DNA of 58,254 nt from NCBI GenBank assembly GCA_900617105.1, contig UYFQ01000055.1:1-58254 (forward strand), in the 5' to 3' direction. Origin of the DNA: Hydrurus foetidus (lineage: Eukaryota). Shown in pieces: positions 1 to 11,955 of the stretch; within the stretch, counting starts at the first letter, position 1; each line of letters opens with the position of its first letter. A program made the position numbers and the translations under genes. The notes beneath the pieces are model-generated. The model saw only the letters and a program-made list of their open reading frames with translations. It ran no database searches and had not been told where the DNA came from.

Positions 1-79
1 GTACCTTCTGTTGCATCCCTAACTAATTAGCTCCTTTTAGCCTTTAGACTTCCCTTCTCTTTTGCCTTCCAAGGTCACA
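1..79 (+). repeat. 3' end of a short Gypsy LTR (same family as 28462-28668) abutting the chromodomain end of Gypsy-1
   Basis: 1-79 aligns to 28590-28668 (…CTTTTAGCCTTTAGACTTCCCTTCTCTTT…CCAAGGTCACA); ends in CA. Confidence 0.85.
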
Positions 80-1575
80 ATACTATTATGACGTAAATAA
101 TCATGAAGTTTAACAACGTCACGAAGACTTGAATAAGGTTCCCAAGTGTTTTTGTCAGAAGGGTAATTTAACCACTTGACTAAAAACTCTATGTGGGTGC
201 GTTGATGTTTACCACGATGTTCAAGAATATCTTCAACGAAGTATTCCATGTGATCACGTCGTGCAACATCTAACGGATTTGTGATTGATGAGTCAAATAG
301 AAAAGGTTTCATGGAAGATACATGAAATTCTGATGTTTTCTGAGTGACGAGATCATATAAAGTGTAACGCGAATTTTCGCCACTAACGACTTTTAATGGA
401 CCTCTCCAATGCGTGTGAAGACGTGAAGGAGGTGATCCATCGCGATAGTGCACCAAGACATAAGAGTCTTTTGGATACTCTACATGTTGAAAGATTTGAG
501 ACTGACTTTGATGAAGCAAATCTGTGCGAAGAAGTTCTTTAGCCGAAGCTTTAAGAAGGCTTTCTTGCGTTTTGAGCAGATTGCTCATACGCTTTGACAA
601 AGGTTTGTCATCAGTAACATTTCGCTCAGCAGGAGGTAAAAAAATACCTCTGTCGAGTTTGAGTACATTTCCGAAAAGAAGTTGAGAAGATGATATCTTT
701 AAACGATCACTGTGGTTAGAATTTAAAATTCGTTGCACAAATGGAAGTGATGTTTTATAATCTTCTAGTGTGACATTATCGAATGTTAATGCACGAAGAT
801 GTCTATTAACTTCTTTATTCATGCGCTCAACAATAGCATTTTCTTCTTTAGAGTATGCTAAAGTAAGACAATGTTGAGTGCCAATAAGAGTTAGAAACTC
901 TTTGATAACTTCGGAAATGAAGTGTGGCCCATTATCAGAACGGAGTTGGAGAGGTGCGCCGAAACGACCGAAGTGTTGCAAGAGGCATTTAGCTGTTGAA
1001 AGTGCTGTAGCATCTTCTGTATGAAACAGTTCAACCCATCTTGTGAACGTATCGATAATTACGAGTACGTACCCGCCGTCTGGAAACGGTCCTATGAAGT
1101 CTATGTTAAGGCATTCCATAGGTGTGTAAGTAGAAGTCGAGAAGCCATGAGCATGTATTGGTATCTTTAACATACTCATCTTCTGACAACACGAACAGTG
1201 ATCTATGAACCACCTGACATGCTGACGCATATATTGCCATACTATCATTTTGTCTTTGAGACGCTTTAGAGTGCGCTCAAGGCCGAAATGTCCAACTTGT
1301 GAATTGTGTACTTTACTGATTGTATTGTACTGATCACGTGTTAGTTTGAATTTTTCAATAGTATTAGCAGACATGATTGCATCAGGAGTATATTCCTGAG
1401 GGAAATCAACCATGTTATTGCGACAGAGTCGAGACATCGAATCAGCTATATCATTGTTAGCACCAGGTATATATTCAATTTTAAATGAATATTCGGATAA
1501 GGCCATAAACCACCGAACAATCATTGGATTTGAATTATCCTTGATGTATAACAAGTTACGATGATCTGTACGCAA
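80..1575 (-). pseudogene. pol: Gypsy-1 RNase H end, integrase and chromodomain
   Basis: HNSQVGH…CSCC, IDFIGP, SDNG, ERMN (DDE), WRGP, YFVEDILEH…FLVKW…NTWEP. Confidence 0.92.
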
Positions 1576-3156
1576 TGTGAACGTACGATCGTAATAGCGA
1601 TTTTAAATACGTGCACGAATAAAAGATAGCATATGCTTCTTTTTGTATAACAGCCCAACGAAGCTGAGCTTTGTTAAGTGATTTACTGACAAATGCTATG
1701 GGCGTTTCTTGACCGTCAACTAACTGGAAAAGATAGGCACCTACACCGTAGTCCGATGCATCAGTGTGCAAGTAAATCGGATCGGTGTCACTTAAAAAGT
1801 GCATAGTCGTGCATTTTGAAATCTCGGATTTGATCAAATTGAATGCTCTGAGAGCTTCTATTGTCCAAGTTATTTTCTTATACTTATTATAGTTAAGAAG
1901 CAACTGATGTAACGGGTATACAACAGTAGAAGCGTTTCTAACAAAGTCGTGAAAATAATTAACCAATCCTAAAAAACTTTTGAGTTGTTTAGATAGTACT
2001 GGTTTAGGAAAATCTAAGACAGTCCGTATTTTTTCTTGTGACATTCTAAGTCCATCTGCAGATAGAACTTTGCCAACATAATCTATTTCGGCATAGCCTA
2101 GATAACACTTATTCGGTTTAAGGAATATTTTGTGTTTTCTAAAACGTTCAAAAACAAGACGAAGTCTAGAAATGAGTTCGTCAATGTCTTTACCGAAAAA
2201 TTGCAATCATCTATGTACATTTCGCATATAGAGTATATCAGACCTGCTAACACAACAGTCGTCATAATCTGTTGGAAATAGGAGGGTGCTTGTTTAGGCC
2301 CAAAGGGTAAACGAGTGAATTGATATACTCCGCAGAAAAGTATGAATGCAGTATAAGCACGTGCAGCGAGTGTAAGTGGTGCTTGATGGTAACCTTGAGT
2401 GAGGTCAAGTACAGCAAACACTTTTGCTTTATGTGCACCTATTCTACGCAACATCTCACCGATGTGTGGAATAGGATGTGATTTATCTTCGGTACAATTG
2501 TTGAGATTCCGAAAATCAATACACATGCGCTTAGTTCCATCAGATTTTGGAACTAGTAAAACTTGGCTATAATAAGCCGCGTTTGATTTTTCAACAATAT
2601 TTTGTTTTTCAAGTTTTTTAATTTGACTGAGAATGTCAGCTTGATCAACTGTTGATTTAGACCATGGAGGTTGTCTATTTTTAGGAACTCTCCATTGGTC
2701 GTCATTGACATGAAAGTCAAAAGGTGGAATATCAGCAGGAGTGGCCGAAAGTTCACTGCTAAATATATCCTTGAATTCGTGTACTAGTAACCGAAGTTTA
2801 TTTTTCTGATCTTCATCACCTGCTAAGTTTATTAGCGAGAGTGGGTCAGTATCAGGAAATTCATCTATCCAAGGTGAAAACGAGTCCTTGATCGAGTCGT
2901 CGATTTCATCTATTAGTGAAGCTAGAATAACGTGTGTTTGAGTTACTGCCGGTTTCACCTTTTGGGTTAAAGGATCGACCTTTGGGGAGCCGTCGGAGGG
3001 TAGCAAATTCTCCTTAGGCTGACAGCCACACGTTATATCCACTTGCTCAGAAGATAAAACTTCCGCTAATGAGGTAGTGCTTGATGAAGCATTGGCAGAT
3101 ATTTGATCGGGGAAACGTGAAAACAAATTCAATTCGCGAATTGCTTTTCGTCCCAC
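1556..3156 (-). pseudogene. pol: Gypsy-1 RT and RNase H (frameshift near 2205)
   Basis: RMCIDFR, LDLTQGYHQ, LPFG, YIDD, then TDASDYGVG and KEAYAI in the next frame. Confidence 0.9.
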
Positions 3157-3158
3157 TA

Positions 3159-4871
3159 TTAGATCAAATTTTTTAAATCAGGGCAAAAATAAGAAAGAGT
3201 TAAGTCTATAGTGTCAGAAATATCATAACAATGATTATCTAATCCACTACAAACTTTACACAATTTCTTTGAAGAGTTAGAAACGAATTGTGTGAAATTA
3301 TGATTAGTTATAATGCGGCGATGTATAAAGTTGCCAGCAAAAGAGCCGGTGTCCAGGAGAGTAAAGACTCTATTACTTTTTTCCAGCATAACCTCCTGTG
3401 AGAGGGGAGATACGAAGAAAGGAATAAGTTCTGGATCATCGGAAAGAATAGATGATGAATTTAGGTTGCATAGTTGCTCACCTTTGTGTTTCTTCGCAGC
3501 GTTTGTCGAGTCTGCTGTTGAAGTAGCAGGTTTTGACGAAGAGGAAGAAGAAGAGGAAGACGATGAAGAAGAGGTCGATGTCTTAGGTAAAGTTGGAATA
3601 AACTTAGCCTTTGAATCGACTTTCAACAACTGCTTGTGACCCTCAGAGTTGATATAGGGTGAGTCTGTACTGTTATAGTACGGAGACGTAGTGTAGAAAC
3701 ACGTGGCGACGAAATGGCCAAGAAGTCTCCCACAACCTGTGCACAGAGGTCTTTCGAATTTGTCAGACTTGTCTGATTGCACTGATTGTTCGCTCTCTCG
3801 TGGACGTTTTTTGATTTTGTCCTGAGAGGAACGAGGAGGAGCTTTGATTTGGCGAGAGTGATCACCATACAAAGGAGAGACATCAATGAACCGTAAGGCA
3901 TCAATTGATTCTCGTAGCTTAGCAAGCTGCGCAAGCCATACGAATCGAAAGTCTTCGATTGTAATGAGTCTTGGCGTTGTATTGTTAAGACTACGCTGTA
4001 ACACTGCTCTCCAATTGATAGGTTCGACAGGCAACTTATCGATTAGAATTTTGGTTGCCTGAAGTTGGAGAGCGGGTGTTGCATCAGGGAATCCATCGAC
4101 AATATCAGCTAAAAGCTGATCTGTCTTGTCTTCCACTGATTTATCCTTCAGGTCGAATTGAAGTGCGACCTGAGAGACAGTTTCAATGAAACTCAGCTTG
4201 TCAGTTCGATTGACAGCTGATGTAGGAACTGTGAGATTGAGTTCTCTACAGAACAATTGATTCGACCAATGTTTCCAATTGTTACAGGAGTCGCGACGAT
4301 CGGGATCAGTTGCAAACTTACGCTTGAGAAGCGTTGTAAACGATTGATGGTTGGAAACATGGACTACGTCAACTGGTTTAAATGGAGTTCCATTTGAAAG
4401 GAGGACCTCCATTACCCGTAGTACTTCCTGACGAGAGGGCACGGCGCTCAACTTAGGAGCTCTCTCACCCGTCTGCACATATTGCTGGGGTGGTGCCATC
4501 GTCCTTGGAATAGGATTCTCAGCAATAGCTGGTGTCGCATTTGAATCTGGTATCGCAGCCGAAGCTGGTATCGCAGCCGAAACTGGTGTCACAGCCGAAG
4601 CTGGTTGCAATGACAAAGCAGATAACGCCGAAATGACAGGAATATCAATGACAGACATGACCGCAGGCTCCGAATTCCGCTGAGGAATCGGTGCAGACAG
4701 GTCGCCGGCGGGGTCCTGAGCCGCAGGTGGCCCAGGAGACTCTGCGTCTCCACTACGATTGTGATGGTCGTCATAGCGTTGTCGGAACGCGACGGCTACA
4801 GCACGAGGTTGCTGCTTTCGCCGAAGGGCGTTGATGGAGGATGTCTTTTTGTCTTGGCGGCGTAGAGCCAT
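3159..4871 (-). CDS. gag: Gypsy-1 gag + aspartic protease
   Basis: CTGCGRLLGHFVATC knuckle, LLDTGS protease motif; frameshift near 3160 (the other frame reads FDLIVGRK). Confidence 0.8.
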   Translation of the reverse strand: MALRRQDKKTSSINALRRKQQPRAVAVAFRQRYDDHHNRSGDAESPGPPAAQDPAGDLSAPIPQRNSEPAVMSVIDIPVISALSALSLQPASAVTPVSAAIPASAAIPDSNATPAIAENPIPRTMAPPQQYVQTGERAPKLSAVPSRQEVLRVMEVLLSNGTPFKPVDVVHVSNHQSFTTLLKRKFATDPDRRDSCNNWKHWSNQLFCRELNLTVPTSAVNRTDKLSFIETVSQVALQFDLKDKSVEDKTDQLLADIVDGFPDATPALQLQATKILIDKLPVEPINWRAVLQRSLNNTTPRLITIEDFRFVWLAQLAKLRESIDALRFIDVSPLYGDHSRQIKAPPRSSQDKIKKRPRESEQSVQSDKSDKFERPLCTGCGRLLGHFVATCFYTTSPYYNSTDSPYINSEGHKQLLKVDSKAKFIPTLPKTSTSSSSSSSSSSSSSKPATSTADSTNAAKKHKGEQLCNLNSSSILSDDPELIPFFVSPLSQEVMLEKSNRVFTLLDTGSFAGNFIHRRIITNHNFTQFVSNSSKKLCKVCSGLDNHCYDISDTIDLTLSYFCPDLKNLI

Positions 4872-5366
4872 AACTTTGACGTGATGGTTTAAGTTGGAGG
4901 AGTCGAAGACAAAAAGTCGGAAAAGAGAAAAACTTTCTCGGAGGAAACTTCGGTGAAGACCGAATATCGATATTGTGGTCTGACGGCGGGGCCTAGGACG
5001 GGAGGCGAAGTTGGAGAAGGCGGAGGACGGAAGGCGTGGGCAAACGAAGGCAAAGTCGAGAGTCGGTGGAATAGACTTGTGTTAGTATCTTACAGTTGAG
5101 TATATACAAGTGATGTGTACGCTAAGTGCATTCACGTCATATGTGGAACTAAGACCTAAAAGTGGAATCTGAGCGTAATATACCTATTGTACCTAGTTAA
5201 CCTAGACACATTGTATTCCCTTAGGAATGCAATAAGGCTACAATAGCACGAATCTCATGACTGCACACGATATGATCTGTGAATCTTCCATAGATTTTGA
5301 ATAGAGGAATCATATATGGAGTGATGTATGATATGCTACTAAATGATAGGAAGTGTTATAGTTACA

Positions 5367-6122
5367 CTATATATTGCATGCACGTATGTACTGACACATC
5401 ACACGTTGCTTATAAGCACTGGTTTTCAACCAAGTTTTGGTATTCTGACTGTTCGACAACGTCAACTCGAGTTGCACTCTATCGTAGCTAATCTCACACT
5501 CCTTTCACATCTTAATAACTACCGTTACTGAACTCCAACCGGCTTCGACTCCTTTGAGTCAACCAATCGCCTTGATCAGTCCATTAGTCCGACAAGGTTT
5601 CCAGTCGCACCAATTTGCCCGACTCCACAGTTTCCGTTTCATCTTCAACCAGTTGGCCTCTGCATGAATATATATTTCTAGTACACACGAGACAACGTTC
5701 TATCTCAATTGATTCAAATCTGTCAAGCCAGCAAGCAGTGATCGCCCTGGCCCCGCAAGACTTAAAATTCATGAGGTAAATCAAACGCTTCGAGAATTTT
5801 TGGCAAGATTCCCTGCAAATGAAAGCAAAAAAAGCGCTAGCTTTATAAATTCGAATCTCTGACTGCAAAGGAACCTCTATTCAAGAAACTGAAGTCACAA
5901 GGAATTCAAAAAGAAATACGTTCTGACGACAATAGATCGCAATCCTACGTGGGTGAAGGAATCTTCTACCGTTGCGTTACATCTAAGAATGACATTCAAA
6001 TTTTCTTCTAGAAAGATGAAAGAACTAAGAGAAGCCGCATGGATCAACAAAAGATTCGGACAACAAGCTCCTCGAAGATCCTCGATACATCCGTTTCCAG
6101 ATGTGGAACGTGGAAATTTAAG
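5367..6122 (+). mobile_element. 5' leader/gag-start fragment of an LTR element related to 52092-53975
   Basis: Shares blocks TGAGTCA.CCAATC…TTGATCA.TCC and CAAGCAGTGATCGCCCTGGC…TGAGGTAAAT with 52377-52590. Confidence 0.55.
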
Positions 6123-7035
6123 TGTAAGACTAAATACAAGATGTCACCTTCTAGCGTTCGCAGCGAAGGTGGAGAAGCAGCTGCAGGCTACTGTCTCAAT
6201 TCAGTGAGCTATCGAGTAGACGAAGCTGTGAAGTACAACGTATTAAATTCTGATTAGAGTTTACAGATAGCCACGCAAAAGAGCTATCAGAACAGTTCAT
6301 GACAGTGAAACTACCTTGAGACAAAGTTCACAGCGAGATGTGTTGTTCATAGCATGTGCTTGAGGAACGTTGCATGAATGCTTATAGTAACGAAGTGTTT
6401 TGGCGATACTGAAGAATCATGAAAGGCGAACGTTCATTTGCGTGAGGTCAGAGGGTTCGTACTAACTGATACATGGCGATAGTACAGGGGTACGTATGCA
6501 TGTATATGTATATGAACGTACATGCGTGAGTACTAACTGCTATATGGCGATATTATAGGAGTACGTATGCATGTGTATGTATAAGAACGTACATGCGTAA
6601 GTACAGTGGTACTTACGTATGTACGCCTATACATCTATGTACTACGCTATTGGCGATCGTACATACGTACATATTATATATGTACATACATGTGTAAGTA
6701 CGTGTGTGTACGTATGCATATAATAATTTGTACTAACATGTGCACGTACGTATGTACGTGTGTGCGTGACCATACAAGTGTACGCTATGCTATATGCGTG
6801 CGTACGTACGTACGTACATATTGACTATGTACGTACATGTGTAAGTACATGTGTGTACGTATGCATAAATGAGTATGCACTAACATGTGTAAGTACGTGT
6901 GTACGTGTGCATGTTATCATATCTGCATGTGTACTTACGTACGTACGTGTCGCATAACGTACATGTATATATTTGAAACTATATTTGCAACTATATTACT
7001 ACAGACATATCTTGATAGAATCAAGTGGTCTGACA
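6123..7035 (-). repeat. Copia-A 3' LTR (913 bp, TGTCAG…CTTACA)
   Basis: TG…CA ends, preceded by the PPT TACGGGGAG; near-identical to 11956-12867 and 37243-38156. Confidence 0.95.
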
Positions 7036-7167
7036 CTCCCCGTAGTGAAGATGTAGTGTAAAATAATGCATGTTTACTTATGAGCTACCTTTATAATATT
7101 AGAATTAACATAGTATATGTGTGATCAAGACAAATACAATATTAAAACATAATTAGTATAGTGCTGT

Positions 7168-10100
7168 TTAAAGATTTCGTCTCTGAGACTGATCTATAAT
7201 TTGATTTAGAAGTTTATTAAATATTGGTAGAGAAACTCTTTTTGTACCAATATCTGAATTATTATCGCACGATTTAACTTTAACAACTACGCAAGTACCA
7301 TCAGCAACCTTCTCTTTGACCCAGTTTTCGGTGAGGTCGAGGTGCCTTAGGTTGCGTGTCATGTGTGCTGCCTTAGAATGGTATATACAGGCTTGGTTGT
7401 CTTCTTCAATAGAGGTTGGACCTTGGACCCATCCCATCATGTTTAGGATGCCTCTGTTGGCTATGACCTCTGCTTTGAGTGTGTGGTTGACAGCCTTGAT
7501 TTCCGACTCTGCCGTTGATGTTGATATGCTGCCTTGGTCGGTGGAACACCAGCAGATAAGGTTACGGCCGAGGTATCCAAGGTATGCAGTCTGGGAGTGG
7601 CTATTGTCGGGATTACCACCCAAATCTGCATCGCATTGAAACCGGAGTTGAAGTAGCGTTGTCATAGTCTCGATGTCTCTGGGTCCATCGTGTCCATGGA
7701 ACACTAGTCGATCACTTCGTGCGTACTTGCAGTACTGCAGTAAGTGTTTGAGGAATTTAATATGTCTGGGACCTGGGTTGTTACCATAGCGGGATAGTAC
7801 ATTGAGTGCATACAGAATGCCGACCATGGTATGTACCATACCGTACATTAGTTGACCCACGACCCTCCTGTACGGGTACTTCATACACTGCATACGTTCC
7901 TCAGGGGTAGAAGCGTTGTCTAGTTTCGACAATGCAGGTTCTTGGTCCCCAGTCGGGTATGGTAAGTGCATGTCCTTTGCACCAGATATATTAGCCTCTT
8001 TTATTATTGAATCAATCATGCGATGTTGATCCATATAATATGTGCCATCTTCATCACGCTGAATACGAATACCAACGAACTCCTTGTCAGTTGCATCAGT
8101 GACTTCATACTTGTGTGCATTGAAGGTGGCGATGATCAGATCCCATTCATCAAGTTTGTCCGAAGGACCAAACCATCTGAAGTCATCACTGTGAGCGATG
8201 ATAAGCATGGGTCTACCATCTGTGGTCCATTTAAAGAAGAACTTGAGGTCCCAGGGTGTGTTCTTGTAACCACACTCGAAGATACAAATATCAAACTCAA
8301 TGGAAAAGTTTTGCCCTGCAGGTGGGAATCCATAAAGATTGCCGACAGCCTGAAAGCAGAAACCGGGTGGGCAAGTGTATCCCTGCGGTGTCTTTATGTG
8401 CACCGGGAAGTTAACATTTGCTCTTGTAATGAGGTAAGCACCAATGAGGTCACCTCCTTTCATTACTAGTCCATATGCTGCTGCAATGCTTAGTGCCATC
8501 TTGATGGAACACGATGATACATTTCCGCAGTATACGGCGTCGGGGTCGAAGTCCACGAGTGGTATCATCATATCTCCCCGTCCCACTAAACGGGCCTTTT
8601 TCGTACCGTCGGTTTTTATACTAAAAAGCCACATCATTGGTACCAGGTGTTGGTCAATGTATGGTACTACATGTAAACATGAGTTCTTCTCGAATTTCTT
8701 TAATTCAGTATCTATTGCGTTTTTCCATTCAGGTATAGCCATAGCTTTCCAGAATGATTTTGGCACATTGAGTTGATCGAAATTGATGAAGAGTTTTTCG
8801 TGATGACTTGCTTCAATCAATGAGAGAAAATGTTCGTGATTTCTAACATGAGTAGAGTACCAGTAGACAGCATCGTCATTTTCAATGTTTTGAATCGGTG
8901 TATTAATACCAATGTCATTATCATCGATGTCGGATTTGTTATTTGTATCTCTAATTGGTGTTGGATCAAACGGTATATTCTGTTTTGTTGATTTGATATT
9001 AGTCGATCCAGATTTATTAACAATTTTGTTATTGTTAATGACATTTGGATGTATTTTCGCTGGAATAGGATTTTCAGGAGTTCGATTCTGAATAATGCAA
9101 GGTATTACAGGTACAGGGTGTATTGGAATAGCTGGAGTTGCTAGTTGTTGTTCAGAATCTTTTTCAACTACCTTGTTAGCTGGTAGGACTGCAGAGATAT
9201 CGTTATTGATATTCTGGTGTAAATTAGAAAAGTCAAGATCGGATGGGTACTCGTCCGTGTAATTATAATTATTGTCTTTGTCGAAAATGACGTCCTTACT
9301 TGTCCTAATTTTGCCGAAGATTCCGGTTGGTAGTATTTCGATGACCTTAAAACAAGGCTCGAGCGTTCTCGATAAATCGTAACCAACGAATCTGGCTTTG
9401 TATGCACGAGGAAAACCGATTTTTCCTTTCCTATCTTCAAGCGCGATGTGAACCCAACATAAGCTCCAAAAGGCCTTGAGGTTCTTGAGGATTACATGCT
9501 TTCCAGTGATGAGATGATACGGTGATGTCTTGATTGCTGAATGGTAATTGAATGCATGGGTGATGCATGTATACTCAAAGGCAAGATCCCAGAACTTCTG
9601 TGGTACTGACATCCCTAAAGGTTGCATGGTGATGTTGCACTTCATCGATAAGACGCCTACTGCACGTTCTGCGATTCCATTTGCATGTTTGTCGCGAGGT
9701 GGTGTTGGCTCAAGTCGATATCCGAAGTTGTGAAGGCATTGAAGGAATTCAGCTGACCGATAAGATTTCTCTGCATCGGCTCTGATGAATCGGTCTACGC
9801 CTGGAAGCGAGGGCTTCCACTCAGGATGTGATTGGAAGAGGGTGGAGAAGCTTTTAACAAGTTCTGCAGCTCCCCGGTCTTTCGTGAAGCATGGATAACT
9901 TCGTCTTGTAGATAAGTCCGTGATAATATCGCAGTACTTATAACCGGCCTGTGACCGGTGTGTATGTGTATACGCGTCAAGTGAGAATTGACTGCCGTAG
10001 CAAGGAGATGGCAAACGGTGTATACGAAGATGGTCCGTAGAGGTCTGTCGCATCGTGCCCTGTACGCATGCTGCGCATATTGGTCTTGGTGTAGATGCAT

Positions 10101-10242
10101 CCAAGTTGGAGTAGTGTGCTCCAATGGTGTGCTGTCGGTGCCAGGCCATACCCTCTTCGCCAGGGTGTCCTAGTACGCGATGCACGTGGTCGTAAATCGA
10201 AAGCTCCTTTACACTCGTGACCAAGAGTTGAGCCGGTTGCAC
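7168..10242 (-). CDS. pol: Copia-A1 integrase-RT-RNase H (1024 aa, intact)
   Basis: HRVLGH…CAAC, AERAV, KKARLVGRG, LYGF, HSDD, CDADL, STAESE, NSDIGTK. Confidence 0.95.
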   Translation of the reverse strand: MQPAQLLVTSVKELSIYDHVHRVLGHPGEEGMAWHRQHTIGAHYSNLDASTPRPICAACVQGTMRQTSTDHLRIHRLPSPCYGSQFSLDAYTHTHRSQAGYKYCDIITDLSTRRSYPCFTKDRGAAELVKSFSTLFQSHPEWKPSLPGVDRFIRADAEKSYRSAEFLQCLHNFGYRLEPTPPRDKHANGIAERAVGVLSMKCNITMQPLGMSVPQKFWDLAFEYTCITHAFNYHSAIKTSPYHLITGKHVILKNLKAFWSLCWVHIALEDRKGKIGFPRAYKARFVGYDLSRTLEPCFKVIEILPTGIFGKIRTSKDVIFDKDNNYNYTDEYPSDLDFSNLHQNINNDISAVLPANKVVEKDSEQQLATPAIPIHPVPVIPCIIQNRTPENPIPAKIHPNVINNNKIVNKSGSTNIKSTKQNIPFDPTPIRDTNNKSDIDDNDIGINTPIQNIENDDAVYWYSTHVRNHEHFLSLIEASHHEKLFINFDQLNVPKSFWKAMAIPEWKNAIDTELKKFEKNSCLHVVPYIDQHLVPMMWLFSIKTDGTKKARLVGRGDMMIPLVDFDPDAVYCGNVSSCSIKMALSIAAAYGLVMKGGDLIGAYLITRANVNFPVHIKTPQGYTCPPGFCFQAVGNLYGFPPAGQNFSIEFDICIFECGYKNTPWDLKFFFKWTTDGRPMLIIAHSDDFRWFGPSDKLDEWDLIIATFNAHKYEVTDATDKEFVGIRIQRDEDGTYYMDQHRMIDSIIKEANISGAKDMHLPYPTGDQEPALSKLDNASTPEERMQCMKYPYRRVVGQLMYGMVHTMVGILYALNVLSRYGNNPGPRHIKFLKHLLQYCKYARSDRLVFHGHDGPRDIETMTTLLQLRFQCDADLGGNPDNSHSQTAYLGYLGRNLICWCSTDQGSISTSTAESEIKAVNHTLKAEVIANRGILNMMGWVQGPTSIEEDNQACIYHSKAAHMTRNLRHLDLTENWVKEKVADGTCVVVKVKSCDNNSDIGTKRVSLPIFNKLLNQIIDQSQRRNL

Positions 10243-11955
10243 TCAGTTGGAGTCCAGCAAGTAGAGGCCTTCCTCTACCTTGCCACTCATAACTGGGTGA
10301 GCTGTCTTTGAAATTGTCTGAAGGTGTGGGATGACATCTATCGCATTAAAGAACTTGCAGTCCTTAGAGGTGAAGATGCCCACAAATCCCTTTGCACACG
10401 CTTGAGACACTGAGAGCAGTGTGGTATCATTCATTTGATCGATGACAATAGTCTTGAGCATGAATGGTGGGAGTAGTCCCATCTCAGTAGGCTGGGCAGT
10501 CTCCCCGAAAGCTGCTGAGACACTGCATGATGTAGGTCTAAGGTCACGGAGACTGCTGCGCAATCCAGTACCAGATGTAGATGCACCACTGTCAATGACT
10601 GTCTTGTGACTTGTCTTCTTGAATGACATGAATTTGCTGTCTTTGTCTGTAACTGTAAGTAAGTTGAGACTCTTCTTCTCAGCCAGTGCTCTTGCCTTTG
10701 CACGACGTGTGGCAGACACTGAATCTCTTGATGGTGATTTGGCTGGTGGAGTGCGCATTCGATATGGCTCAGGGGTTGCCAGATCTGCCATTGGAGGATG
10801 CAAAATATCTTGTGTAGATTGCTGAGAGTCGAGTGCCATGGGAGGATGCTCCAGTTGCAATGGCTGCTGCTCTTCCTCCTTGATTGGATATTGGACTGGT
10901 GCAATCATACGAGGTACACCAGCAGTCTTAAGTGCTGGAACAATATCATCAGTAACAAGAGGAGGGTCTTGAAGCATTGGTGGAGCATGCATTGAGCTGG
11001 ATGTTCCAGGTGTCTCCTTGAACTCATTGTCATCTGATGTTTTGATGATCTTCCTGCGTGCTGGACGCTTGGTATCAGTCTGGATTGACGCCCACAGACT
11101 GCGTTTATGACCCATCACGTATGGGTGATTGTATCGGGTCAGGTCTTCTTGGCATCTCCTGTGATGATCAGATGATGACCCTGGTGGAGTCATGTCTATG
11201 TCATCACCTTCTGATTCATCGTCACTATATTCGTCGTCATCATCATCATCATCATCATCATCATTTTCTTCAGTGTGGTCAGTCGTCTCACTGAGCAGGT
11301 CCTCTCTGTTGATGGCACTCATACGTGAATATGATGTCGTGATTGGGCTTGTCTGCAATGCATAAGACTGTGGTGCTGGAGGCATTGGTTTGATGTTGTT
11401 GATGATTGCAGAGAAAGCATCGTGGAAGACTATCTGATCCAAGAACTGTGCGTTGGATCGATATGTATTCAATGTGAATAACACATTTGCTCTTGTCTGG
11501 GATTCGTCAGCTTGCATTTGCACTGCATCACGAAGTAGTTGAGCGCAGAATGACATGAAGTCGTAGATAATAGCCAAAGAGAGAATACGTAGAAGTCGCC
11601 ATGGAATGTCAGGATGCTCCATGATGTATCTGATAGCAACAAAGTACTTCTCCACGTTTCTCATATTTGATTGGTAGAACCCATAATCGTCGGAATGATA
11701 AAATTTGTCGGAGAGAGGGTTGAAGTTCATATAACTGAAATTTTCGGAACCCTCCCTGTCTGGAATCAACACGTCGGCGTTCAAGAACCTGTTTCCAATT
11801 TTGTAAAGCATTCGCATAAGCCGTTTGTCTGCTGTACGAACATCTTCTCGGATTTTCACGGATCTCGAGATGGTTGGACTCTCTGAAAGCCATGTGAATG
11901 CCACCAAGATGTGTACCATCCTTGGTTCAGCTGCTGTCAGGTCTTGGAAGCTGAC
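10243..11955 (-). pseudogene. gag: Copia-A1 truncated gag-protease
   Basis: VIDSGAS protease; ends GLYLLDSN-TGA in frame with pol. Confidence 0.9.

Larger units (their letters stand above)
80..5366 (-). mobile_element. Gypsy-1: Ty3/Gypsy chromovirus, frameshifted, 3' end lost
   Basis: Order gag-PR-RT-RH-IN-chromodomain on the minus strand; tentative 5' LTR 5142-5366 (TGTAAC…TTCCACA). Confidence 0.9.
6123..11955 (-). mobile_element. Copia-A copy 1 (5'-truncated, inverted)
   Basis: Reverse complement of copy 2 from 14731 onward, plus a complete 3' LTR. Confidence 0.95.

Noticed and set aside
3156..3165. Programmed frameshift in Gypsy-1
   Set aside because: It falls within the protease of a copy with other frameshifts; decay or sequencing error is more likely
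5128..5284. Self-priming PBS in Gypsy-1 (TATGACGTGAAT versus the LTR motif at 5271-5284)
   Set aside because: The match is interrupted and the LTR boundaries are unconfirmed
6606..6957. Tyr/Val/Cys/Thr-rich small ORFs in the LTRs
   Set aside because: Translation artefacts of the alternating RY tract
11058..11294. Poly-His ORFs (also 15392-15628)
   Set aside because: Antisense of the GAT poly-Asp tract in gag
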